Positions 48,670-57,421 of a DNA stretch of 64,000 nt are shown one piece after another. Position 1 is the stretch's first letter. Each line of letters starts with the position of its first letter. The notes beneath the pieces were generated by a model. It searched no databases. It saw nothing but the letters and a program-made list of their open reading frames with translations, and had not been told where the DNA came from. This stretch comes from an uncultured Gemmatimonadales bacterium. GTDB lineage: Bacteria > Gemmatimonadota > Gemmatimonadetes > Longimicrobiales > RSA9. The stretch is taken from assembly GCA_963708135.1 (NCBI GenBank), contig OY970192.1, forward strand, positions 128,001-192,000, written 5' to 3'. A program made the position numbers and the translations under genes.

Positions 48670-49332
48670 TCAGGAGCGCAGCTTGACTGCGTCGCGAGGC
48701 CGTGACCATTCGCGCCAACCGACACCCCCGAGCGGGACCAGGAGAAGCACGGGTCCCAGGTTTGAAAGGATATTCACCGCCAGACTGGCGGCAGGTCCGC
48801 GTGGTGCGATGATCAAATCGCCCACGACCATCCAGACGCCGGAGGCGGCCACCATGTACCCGACCCAGCGGGACTCGATACGGCGGAGCAATGGAATGGC
48901 CACCATGAACGTGCCCCCGCACCACGCGGCAAGTGCGGCGACGAAAGCGACGACAAACGCGACTGGAGGGGGCGCAGACGGAGCGATGAGCCAGGGCGCC
49001 TTTTCCGCCAGCCAGGGCATGACGAGGAGGGCGTAGAAGCTCAGGAATACGCCGAAAAAGATCCACGCGACGGAGATCAGGACCACGCCGATCAGGCCAG
49101 TGGCCCCGCTCGCTTTCGAAATGGAGGCATAGAGTGCGGGCAAGCCCATGAGCACCAGCACGGCACCGAGGAGGCCAACCGCGTTGAGCATCAGCCAGGC
49201 GCCTTCCCTGGCAAGTGTGGCAGTATCCGCGCCCGCCGTGATCACGGACCTGAGCAGGATGTGAATCACGAATAGGGCGGCGCCGATTACGAGACCAAGC
49301 CCGCTGACGTGCACCGCATGAGAATTGGTCAT
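48670..49332 (-). CDS. Hypothetical integral membrane protein
   Basis: About 6 hydrophobic helices; codon usage is less GC-skewed than in the core genes. Confidence 0.7.
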   Translation of the reverse strand: MTNSHAVHVSGLGLVIGAALFVIHILLRSVITAGADTATLAREGAWLMLNAVGLLGAVLVLMGLPALYASISKASGATGLIGVVLISVAWIFFGVFLSFYALLVMPWLAEKAPWLIAPSAPPPVAFVVAFVAALAAWCGGTFMVAIPLLRRIESRWVGYMVAASGVWMVVGDLIIAPRGPAASLAVNILSNLGPVLLLVPLGGVGWREWSRPRDAVKLRS

Positions 49333-49478
49333 GTGCCTGCCTCGATCCGTCCGAGCTCGCCGAGTTCCACGATCGTCGCGCCGGGCGGGGTAAAGGGCCG
49401 GTTCGTTGCCACCGGGACGCGGCCCTCAATCGGCGCGTTCTGGATACCCGTCATCACCCATTCGTCATGAGCGATGTG
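49329..49478 (-). pseudogene. Remnant of a SnoaL-like/ester-cyclase (NTF2-fold) gene
   Basis: Manual translation HDEWVMTGIQNAPIEGRVPVATNRPFTPPGATIVEL; no start codon; stop overlaps the next ATG. Confidence 0.5.
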
Positions 49479-49692
49479 CCCGGCGGCGAGGCGAGCCGCC
49501 GTAGGCGGCGACCCTCGCCGCAGAGGGCATGTCCCACCTGCCCAAGATGCACCCGGTCAGATCCTCACACCACTCCGGCGGGCGAGGCGCCGAAGGCGCC
49601 GCAGCGATCATGGTCCAGTTGGCCGCCGTGCACTCGCGGGTGGCCCCGCCCGGCGCTCCGCGAGCCATTCTTGCATCGTCGTATGCTTTGCG

Positions 49693-50280
49693 TCACGGCG
49701 CGACTTGCAGCCGGCCGACGTGCCTGTACGTGTTGATCAGCACGCCGGTCGGCGTGGTCTTCGTGCTGGCGAGCGTGAGTTCGCGCGCATCGACGCGGTC
49801 CGAAAAGAAGCGTTTGCCCCGGCCCAGCAATACTGGATAGACCATCAGCACCACCTCTTCGACCAGCCCCTGGTCGAGCAGGAGCGACGTCAGGGTCGAG
49901 CTACCGAAGACGATCAGGTCGGCGCCTTCCGTTGACTTGACTCGGCGAACGCCCTCCACGACATCCGTGCCGAGCGTCTCGACCGGGCCCCATTCGAGGC
50001 CATCCGGTCTGTGGGTAGCCACGTACTTGGTGGCGGCGTTCATCGCGTCCGCGAACGGTCCGCCTTTGATCTTCGGCCAGAAGCCGGACCAGAGATCGTA
50101 GGTACGCCGGCCGAGCAGAAAATCGAAACGGTCGCCCTGTGCCTCGGCCACGGCCTGGGCCCCGGTCGGACTGCGATAAGCCGCCTTCCAGTCCCCGTAC
50201 GGGAAGCCGCCGTCGTCGTCGCCGCCGTTCTGGATCACGCCGTCCAGCGAAACGTGTTCAAAGATCCTGATCTTGCGCAT
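49693..50280 (-). CDS. Dihydrofolate reductase-like (RibD C-terminal) family protein
   Basis: VSLDGVIQ, LLGRRTYD, GSSTL and PVLLGRGKRFF motifs. Confidence 0.88.
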   Translation of the reverse strand: MRKIRIFEHVSLDGVIQNGGDDDGGFPYGDWKAAYRSPTGAQAVAEAQGDRFDFLLGRRTYDLWSGFWPKIKGGPFADAMNAATKYVATHRPDGLEWGPVETLGTDVVEGVRRVKSTEGADLIVFGSSTLTSLLLDQGLVEEVVLMVYPVLLGRGKRFFSDRVDARELTLASTKTTPTGVLINTYRHVGRLQVAP

Positions 50281-50322
50281 TTGAGAGCCTCCGTCCGTGA
50301 GTCGAGGAACCTACAACCAGAC

Positions 50323-50349
50323 GACGAACGGAGGCGAAGGGAATCGACA
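50323..50349 (-). promoter_or_regulatory. Putative ECF-sigma promoter TGTCGAT-N16-CGTC
   Basis: About 45 bp upstream of the DHFR-like start; spacing matches the ECF41-type TGTCACA-N16-CGTC. Confidence 0.4.
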
Positions 50350-50469
50350 CGCCAATGCGGGCGCCCGGAGGTTGAGATCGCTCTACGAAACCGCGACGCA
50401 GAACACGTCCGCGACGTGGACGGTGGGCAGGTGATGCCTGACAGGAACTGAGGTGACCCCGGGATCCTG

Positions 50470-50638
50470 GCCGGGATGCGGCGTCGAGTTCGCGGCCGAG
50501 GACGTGGCGGAAGTAGAAGCGGAGCGCGCTCGTCGCCTGGCTCTGGTACGTGGCGGAGGCGCCGCTGGAGGCGAGGTGCGCCGGCGAGGCGGACACGCCG
50601 TCGGCTCCTTCGAGGGCCTCGGACCGGCTGCCCGCCGG
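50470..50638 (-). pseudogene. Fragment of the N-terminal SAM-like domain of a tyrosine recombinase (integron-integrase-like)
   Basis: Translates ADGVSASPAHLASSGASATYQSQATSALRFYFRHVLGREL, resembling FL.HLA...VSASTQNQALSALLFLYR.VL; no catalytic domain follows. Confidence 0.6.
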
Positions 50639-50927
50639 CTAAAGCTCGGCCATTACCTCCAGCATCGCCGGCGAGAGGTCCGTGTGGTGGTGGACGATCT
50701 TCCAGGCGTCGCCTTCACGGCGGTAGACGTTGGTGACGCGGTGGTCGACGGACACGTCCTTGCCGGCGAGCTGGAAGTGTCTCGCGGCCGCCGATGGGGT
50801 GCATGGTCGTCACGCCCGCACCGTGGGACCAGACTTCGCCCATGGGGCCGGGATCCCCGTTGGCCATGCGGTTGAGCGCGGCGTAGAAGCGTTGCGAAGC
50901 CTGGCGTACCTGATCTTCCGTGGACAT
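50639..50927 (-). pseudogene. SnoaL/NTF2-like (YybH/DUF4440-type) gene with internal deletion and frameshift
   Basis: N-half FYAALNRM...WSH...MHPIGGRE; after a frame change at about 50780 the C-half reads HFQLAG...RVTNVYRREGDAWKIVHHHTD. Confidence 0.75.
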
Positions 50928-51054
50928 GGCTGGTCCCTCCCCGCTGAGTAAGTGAGGCAGGAGCGTTGGTTGCGCTTACGCGGGCCGGTACCATTGCGCG
51001 AGGCTCGATGGATCTCTCTCCAGCGACTTCGCCCTGGCCGCGCCCACGCCCGCC

Positions 51055-53859
51055 CTACGGCTTCACCGAATCCGTCCCCGCCTTCCGCCGCGCCGCCGCC
51101 ATCACCGAGTCCGCCCGCGCATCCGCCGCCTTCACCAGCGCGTCCGCCTTCGCGTCGGTCTCCTTCTTCAACCTCGTCGCGGCAGCGTTGGCGGCGATCC
51201 TGGCGACGGGGTTCGTCGCCTTCGCGGCGAGGGAATCGATGCGCACGGCGGCCTGTGCGCGCAGGGTGTCCGCCCGGGCGCGGGCCTCGGCCCGGATCGC
51301 GGCGGCCTTCTGCTCGGCGTCGGCGAGGGCGCGGTCGGCTTCGGCCCTGGCCTTCGCGGCGGCGGCCGTGGCGGTCGAGTCCACGCGCGCCTGGACCAGC
51401 TCCTTGCCGCGGGCGGCCTGCTGCTCGAGGCCCTGCTTCACGGCCTGCACCGCGCCGCCGGCCACCTCGCCCAGGCTCGTGCTGATGGTTGGCTTCGTGA
51501 TGGTGCCGCCGATCTTCACGCTGAGGCCGACGGTCGCGGCGCTGTCGATGTTCACGCCCACGCGGCCGGCGCGCTCGGCGATGGCGCGGACGGCGTCGGC
51601 CGCCTGGGGGCCCAGCACGGCGCGCGGGGCGCGCAGGCCGACGGTGTAGTCGAGGCTGCCGTCGGTGCCGTTCGAGCCGGCGATGTTCAGGCCGACCTGG
51701 CCGACGCGGGTCTGGAACGGCTGCACGTGCAGCCGGCCGTCGCGGATGCTGAAGGATGACTTGAGGTCCTGGAAGCCGGGGTTCTGCAGGAGCTGCAGCT
51801 TGAGCGTACGGGCCAGCGCGTCGAGGGGCGGGAACTCCTGGAGCACGAGGCCGCTTGTGGCCAGGGAGCCGGCGCCGGTCAGGGTCTTGAGCACGGGCAT
51901 CATGTCCTGGCCGAGCGCGCCGCTGACCTGGAGCTGGACGGACGCGTGGCCCTGGGCGTAGCGCGCCACGGGCGCGAACGCCTGCACGGTGCGCATGCCG
52001 GCGAACGCGGCCGGCACCTCCACCTGCTTCAGCGCCACGGTGCCATCGAAGGTGGGCTTCATCGGGTCGAGCGTCTCGTAATAGCCGTCCACGCTGAGGC
52101 CGCCGCCGAGCGTTCCCGCGCTGAAGTTGTCGAGCGTCAGGCGACGGTTCCGCACCCGCAGCGCCCCGCGCGCGTCGCGCAGCGTGAGCGTACCGTACTT
52201 CACCGTGTCCGCGGAAGCGTCGAGGGCGAAGTCGATGCGGCCCGGCACGGGGACGGCCCGCGTGGCGTCCTCGGAGCGCCACTCGTTCAGGTCCACGCGC
52301 GTGCTGGCCACGCGCGCGCTGCCGCGCAGGTCCTCACGGCCGAGCACGAAGCCGAGGACGTTGTCCAGCGCGCCGGTCATGCGCACGTCGCTCGCGCCCG
52401 CCCGGGCGCGGAAGGCGGCCAGCTCCGCGCGCTGCGGCGTGAGGCGGAGCAGGGCGGTGTCGATGGCGACGGGGCGGCGCAGCCCCGCGGCGCTCGCGCC
52501 GAGCCCGCTCACGGCGAGGTTGCCGCTCGCGGCCACGCGCTCGTAGCGCTTCGCGCGCACGTCCGAGAGGCGGGCGCGCATGGCGGCGTCGGCGCTCACG
52601 ATGCCGCGGAGCTCCCGCACGCTGTCCATCCGGATCGTGCGCGGCAGGTTGGCCAGGTCGAGCCGGCCCGCGACGCGGAACGCGACGTCGGGATCCGAGA
52701 GCGGCGTGCGGAGCACGAGCGAGCCGTCCACGGGATCGTCGCCGATGCGGATGTGAAAGCGGTCCAGATTCAGCACGGTGGCGTCCGCGCTGCCGCCCGG
52801 GTTGGTCACGGCCAGGTGCAGCGCGATGTCGCGCGCGGGGAGCGGCAGGCCCGGGTAGCGGAAGCTGGCGTTGCCGACGTCCGCGCTCACGCCGAAGGAC
52901 GGGAACGCGCCCTTGCCGAGCCGGCCCTTCACCTTGCCCTGCACCGAGACCTGCCCGTCGGCCTGGAGCCTGGCGAAGCTCCGCGTGTAGATCAGGGGCA
53001 CCAGCGAGAGGATCTGGCGGAAGCCGGCGCGCGGCGCGGCGAAGGTGAGGTCGAGGGCGACGTCGCCTTCCTCCTGCTGCACGGACCCCGCGGCCACGAG
53101 CGCCAGTTCGTTCACGCGCACGGTGTCGTCCTTCAGCGTGAAGCGGTGCGCCGCCATGTCGGCGTCCAGCGCCGCCACGAGCCCAAGCCGCTCGCCGGAG
53201 AGGTACGGCACGCCGCCGAAGCGCAGGAACGCGCTGTCCACGACCGTGCGCGTGCGCAGGTCGAAGCGCCTCTCGGAGAAGTCGCCGGAGAGGGTGTGCC
53301 GGAGGCCGGCCAGCGTGGCGCTGGTGCCGGTCTTCCGGTTCTCGAGCGTGATGCGGCCGTCCGTGATCTCGAGGCCGCGCAGGCTCACGGCCAGCGCGCG
53401 GCCCGACGTGGCGCCGGAGCCCGCGGCGGGTGCGGCGCTCGGGCGGGTGATGTCCCAGCTGGCGGCGCCGTCGCCGAGCACCAGCAGGCGGAGCCGCGGC
53501 TCTGTCAGGGAGACCGAGCGCACGACGATCGGGGAGCCGCCCCGCAGGCTGGAGACGACGCTTCCCAGGTCGAGGACGAGCGCGGCCTCGGGCACCGTCA
53601 GCAGCGTGTCGCCGGCGAACCGGTCGATGCCCGTCACGCTCAGCCCGGCGAGGCGGAGGGTGAGGTTCGGGAAGTGGCGGAACAGGCCCAGCTCGAGCCC
53701 CGTCCAGTCCACGCGCGCCCGCAGCGCCGAGGAGGCCGCCGTCTTCACGCGCGCCTGGACCGGGCCGCGGAACAGGATGGGGACCACCACCAGCAGGCCG
53801 AGCACCAGGAGGACGGCGACCCCGCCCGCGTACAGGATCCTGCGACTGCGCTCCTTCAC
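51055..53859 (-). CDS. AsmA-family protein with coiled-coil C-terminus
   Basis: N-terminal TM, LFRHFPNLTL, beta-rich body, GSNGTDGSLDY, Ala-rich helical tail. Confidence 0.82.
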   Translation of the reverse strand: MKERSRRILYAGGVAVLLVLGLLVVVPILFRGPVQARVKTAASSALRARVDWTGLELGLFRHFPNLTLRLAGLSVTGIDRFAGDTLLTVPEAALVLDLGSVVSSLRGGSPIVVRSVSLTEPRLRLLVLGDGAASWDITRPSAAPAAGSGATSGRALAVSLRGLEITDGRITLENRKTGTSATLAGLRHTLSGDFSERRFDLRTRTVVDSAFLRFGGVPYLSGERLGLVAALDADMAAHRFTLKDDTVRVNELALVAAGSVQQEEGDVALDLTFAAPRAGFRQILSLVPLIYTRSFARLQADGQVSVQGKVKGRLGKGAFPSFGVSADVGNASFRYPGLPLPARDIALHLAVTNPGGSADATVLNLDRFHIRIGDDPVDGSLVLRTPLSDPDVAFRVAGRLDLANLPRTIRMDSVRELRGIVSADAAMRARLSDVRAKRYERVAASGNLAVSGLGASAAGLRRPVAIDTALLRLTPQRAELAAFRARAGASDVRMTGALDNVLGFVLGREDLRGSARVASTRVDLNEWRSEDATRAVPVPGRIDFALDASADTVKYGTLTLRDARGALRVRNRRLTLDNFSAGTLGGGLSVDGYYETLDPMKPTFDGTVALKQVEVPAAFAGMRTVQAFAPVARYAQGHASVQLQVSGALGQDMMPVLKTLTGAGSLATSGLVLQEFPPLDALARTLKLQLLQNPGFQDLKSSFSIRDGRLHVQPFQTRVGQVGLNIAGSNGTDGSLDYTVGLRAPRAVLGPQAADAVRAIAERAGRVGVNIDSAATVGLSVKIGGTITKPTISTSLGEVAGGAVQAVKQGLEQQAARGKELVQARVDSTATAAAAKARAEADRALADAEQKAAAIRAEARARADTLRAQAAVRIDSLAAKATNPVARIAANAAATRLKKETDAKADALVKAADARADSVMAAARRKAGTDSVKP

Positions 53860-54068
53860 GTCCCCCCCCTCCACGTCGAGTCTCTCGTGCGCGCCCCAGC
53901 ACCCGCGCGGCCGGGGCGCGCCGCCACCGCGTCGCGCTCGAAGCCCTCCACCGGCGAGGGCCGTCGACGGACGCGGCTCCCACGAATCTAGCGGCGCGCG
54001 ATCCGCCGCGGGAACGGCGCGCACGAGTCTTGCCCGACGTGAGCCATAACCCCTTTGCGGAGGCGGAG

Positions 54069-54233
54069 ATGCCTGAATCATGGAGCAGGAAGGACGAGCG
54101 GCAGTACGAGCACGTGAAGGAGAGCGAGAAGAAGGAGGGCCGCTCCACCAAGCGAGCCAAGGAGATCGCGGCCCGTACGGTGAACAAGCAGCGCTCGAAG
54201 GAGGGACGGACGAAGAGCAAGAAGAAGTCGTAG
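54069..54233 (+). CDS. Small basic conserved hypothetical protein
   Basis: WSRKDERQYEHVKES...AKEIAARTVNK motif; GGAG RBS. Confidence 0.78.
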   Translation: MPESWSRKDERQYEHVKESEKKEGRSTKRAKEIAARTVNKQRSKEGRTKSKKKS

Positions 54234-54625
54234 GAGCACGGTCCCAAACTGCCTCGACACGGAGCGCTCGGGGGGCGCGGAGGCAACGGAGCCGGGCTCT
54301 TGCCGGGGCGAGGCCGGGGGGAAAAAGAAAATCCGTTCTCCGTGTCCTCCGTGTCAAAGCACTTGGAGCTGCGAGGCCGCCGCGTGGATGAGGCCCCTCG
54401 AGGTCTGAACCCCGGCCTCCAACCCGCCAGGGGGACGACGCGGCCCGGCAGCGGCTCTTGGTGGGACAATTCACGACCGCGCCGGGCAGCGGCAGGACAT
54501 CCTGTGACCATCCCGCGCCGCGGCGGGCAATCCGCCACATTGCGTAAATTCCTGCAATGGACTTGCTTACAGGGCATCTCCGATGCCGCCGGGCGGAGGC
54601 ACGCCTGGTGCAACAAAGGGCCGTC

Positions 54626-54644
54626 GTTGAGACCCGTTCGCAAC
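54626..54644. promoter_or_regulatory. Fur-box-like 19-bp imperfect palindrome GTTGAGACCCGTTCGCAAC
   Basis: 7-5-7 near-palindrome about 85 bp upstream of feoB. Confidence 0.5.
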
Positions 54645-54727
54645 TAGCAGATCGAACAGCCGTTGGAGGCGATGTGGCCGGCTCGTGTCATGGCGGGGGC
54701 GCCGGGAATTCGGGTGAGGTCGGGCTC

Positions 54728-56743
54728 GTGGAGGCCGTGCGCGCGCGTGGGAGCGCGGAAACGGCGGACGCGCGCGCGGGCGGCGTGCCGGCGCAGGCGT
54801 CGCCGTCGGGCGGCCGGCTGCGGGTGGCGCTGGTGGGCGCGCCGAACGTGGGGAAGAGCGCGCTGTTCAACCGGCTGACGGGGCGGTATGTGACGGTGTC
54901 GAACTATCCGGGCACGTCGGTGGAGGTGGCGCGGGGCGCGGGGCGCCTTGGCGGGTGGGATGTCGATGTCATCGACACGCCGGGGATGTACTCGCTGCTC
55001 TCGACGACGGAGGAGGAGCGGGTGGCGCGGGGGATCGTGCTGCGGGGCGAGGCGGACGTGCTGGTGCACGTGGTGGACGCGAAGAACCTCGACAGGATGC
55101 TGCCGCTGACGCTGCAGCTGGCGGAGACGGGGCGGCCGCTGGTGCTGGCGCTGAACATGGCGGACGAGGCGGAGCGGCTGGGGGTGGTGATCCGGACGGA
55201 GCTGCTGGCGAGCCGTCTGGGGGTGGAGGTGGTGCCGCTGGTGGCGATCACGGGGCGGGGGCTGGCTGCGCTGTCGGCTGCGGTGCTGCGGGCGGCGGCG
55301 GGCAGGGCGCCGCGGCTGCCGGCCTACCTGGACGGGGTGGGCACGGCCATGAAGGGTGTGGGGTCGCGGCTGGCGGGCGTGTACCCGGTGGATCCGGCGG
55401 CGCTGGTCTCGCTGGTGATCCAGCGGGATGCGGAGGTGATGGCGCTGGTGGCGGCGGGGGAGCCGGATGGCGGCTCGTCGGTGCTCACGGCGGCGGCGGA
55501 GGCGGGGGAGGAGCTGGGCGGTGCGCCGGGCTACCGGGTGGCGGTCGAGCGGCAGCGCGCGGCGGCGGCCCTGCTGGACGGAGTGGTGGAGCGCACGGGC
55601 GGACGTAGGATGGCGTTGGCGGACCGGCTGGGCCGGCTGCTCTCTGAGCCGCTGACGGGGGTGCCGGTGCTGCTTCTGGTGCTCTACCTGGGGCTGTACA
55701 AGTTCGTGGGGCAGTTCGGCGCGGGGACGGTGGTGGACTGGCTGGAGGGGACGGTGTTCGAGGCGCACGTGAACCCGTTCTTCGAGCACCTGTTTGCGGG
55801 CATCCCGTGGCCGGTGGTGCGGTCGCTGTACGTGGGGGAGTACGGGATCCTGACGCTTGGGCTGCGCTACGCGGCGGCGATCGTGCTGCCGATCGTGGGC
55901 ACGTTCTTCCTGTTCTTCTCGGCGGCGGAGGACAGCGGCTACTTCCCGCGCCTGGCGCTGCTGGTGGACCGGATCTTCAAGCGGCTCGGCCTGTCGGGCC
56001 GGGCGGTGATCCCGATCGTGCTGGGCTTCGCGTGCGACACGATGGCGACGATGGTGACCCGCACGCTCGAGACCCGGCGCGAGCGCGTGCTGGCCACGCT
56101 GCTCCTCGCCCTCGCCATCCCGTGCTCGGCGCAGCTCGGGGTGATCCTGGCCATCCTGGCCTCGCAGCCGCTGACGCTGGTGGTGTGGAGCGTGGCGATC
56201 GTGCTCGTGCTGCTGCTGGTGGGCGCGATCTCGGCCCGGCTCATGCCCGGAGAGCCGGCCACGTTCCACATGGAGCTGCCGCCGCTGCGCCGGCCGCGCC
56301 TCGGCAACGTGCTGGTGAAGACCTACACGCGCATGCACTGGTACTTCCTCGAGGTGCTGCCGCTCTTCCTCTTCGCCAGCGTGCTCATGTGGGCGGGGAA
56401 GCTGACCGGCCTCTTCGACCTGGCCGTGCGCGGGCTCACGCCCGTGGTCGGCGCGCTCGGGCTGCCGGCCCGGACCGCATCGATCTTCCTGTTCGGCTTC
56501 TTCCGCCGCGACTACGGCGCCGCGGGCCTCTACGAGATGACCCGCACCGGGGCGCTCACGCCGCGGGAGCTGACCGTGGCCGCCGTCACCCTCACGCTGT
56601 TCGTCCCCTGCATCGCGCAGTTCCTCATGATGGTGCGCGAGCGCGGCAAGGCGACGGCGATCGGGATGTTCCTCTTCATCACGCCCTTCGCCTTCGGCGT
56701 GGGCTGGGCGCTGAACCTCGCCTTGCGGGGGCTCGGATGGTGA
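54728..56743 (+). CDS. feoB: Ferrous iron transporter FeoB
   Basis: G1 GAPNVGKS, NYPGTSV, DTPG and NMAD; EDSGYFPR and IPCSAQ. Start uncertain. Confidence 0.93.
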   Translation: MEAVRARGSAETADARAGGVPAQASPSGGRLRVALVGAPNVGKSALFNRLTGRYVTVSNYPGTSVEVARGAGRLGGWDVDVIDTPGMYSLLSTTEEERVARGIVLRGEADVLVHVVDAKNLDRMLPLTLQLAETGRPLVLALNMADEAERLGVVIRTELLASRLGVEVVPLVAITGRGLAALSAAVLRAAAGRAPRLPAYLDGVGTAMKGVGSRLAGVYPVDPAALVSLVIQRDAEVMALVAAGEPDGGSSVLTAAAEAGEELGGAPGYRVAVERQRAAAALLDGVVERTGGRRMALADRLGRLLSEPLTGVPVLLLVLYLGLYKFVGQFGAGTVVDWLEGTVFEAHVNPFFEHLFAGIPWPVVRSLYVGEYGILTLGLRYAAAIVLPIVGTFFLFFSAAEDSGYFPRLALLVDRIFKRLGLSGRAVIPIVLGFACDTMATMVTRTLETRRERVLATLLLALAIPCSAQLGVILAILASQPLTLVVWSVAIVLVLLLVGAISARLMPGEPATFHMELPPLRRPRLGNVLVKTYTRMHWYFLEVLPLFLFASVLMWAGKLTGLFDLAVRGLTPVVGALGLPARTASIFLFGFFRRDYGAAGLYEMTRTGALTPRELTVAAVTLTLFVPCIAQFLMMVRERGKATAIGMFLFITPFAFGVGWALNLALRGLGW

Positions 56744-57039
56744 ATGCGACGCCGGCGTCCGCCGCTGCCCGGCGCGGTGCGGGCCCCGCGTCGCCGGAAG
56801 GCGACGGTGCCGCGGCCGCCGCCGCGTCGCCGATCATCCGCTGCGGCTTCTGCGGCACGGAGTTCCGCGAGGACCGGGGGCAGCCGACGTGCGCGGCGTG
56901 CCCGCTTAGCACCCGCGTCTGCCGGCACATCCGCTGCCCGCAGTGCGGCTTCGAGAACCCCGCCACGCCGGACTGGGTCGGGCGCGCGCCGGCGGCCCTG
57001 CAACGCCTGAAGGAGTGGCTCCGCCATGACTCCGATTGA
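56737..57039 (+). CDS. Cys-rich putative metal/Fe-S-binding protein
   Basis: CGFC...CAAC...C...CPQC (7 Cys); overlaps both feoB and feoA. Confidence 0.72.
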   Translation: MVNATPASAAARRGAGPASPEGDGAAAAAASPIIRCGFCGTEFREDRGQPTCAACPLSTRVCRHIRCPQCGFENPATPDWVGRAPAALQRLKEWLRHDSD

Positions 57040-57376
57040 CCGCGTGATGGAACGGCTGCGCGCCCTGCGGGGCCGCGGGGCGGCCTGGGGCGAGGGCTGC
57101 CCGGCGGGTGAGCCGCTGCCCGAGACGGAGCGCTGCGCCGGCACCGACTGCGACTCCCTCGCGCTCACCGAGCTGGGCGTGGGCGAGGAGGTCAGCGTGA
57201 CCTGCCTCCAGGCCGCGGCCACCCCGGCCAGCGCCAAGCTCGCCGCGCTCGGCGTGCTTCCCGGTGCCCGGCTGCGCCTCGTCCAGCGCTACCCCGCCTT
57301 CGTCTTCCGCATGGGGTACTCGGAGTTCGCGCTGGACGCGGAGCTCGCCGGCAGGGTGAGGGTGAGGCGCGACTGA
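57026..57376 (+). CDS. feoA: FeoA-domain protein
   Basis: LTELGVGEE, KLAALGVLPG and FALDAELAGRVRV motifs. Confidence 0.85.
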   Translation: MTPIDRVMERLRALRGRGAAWGEGCPAGEPLPETERCAGTDCDSLALTELGVGEEVSVTCLQAAATPASAKLAALGVLPGARLRLVQRYPAFVFRMGYSEFALDAELAGRVRVRRD

Positions 57377-57421
57377 TCGAGTCGGGCACCGGTCAGGGGC
57401 AGGGGCGGAGACTGGCGCCGG

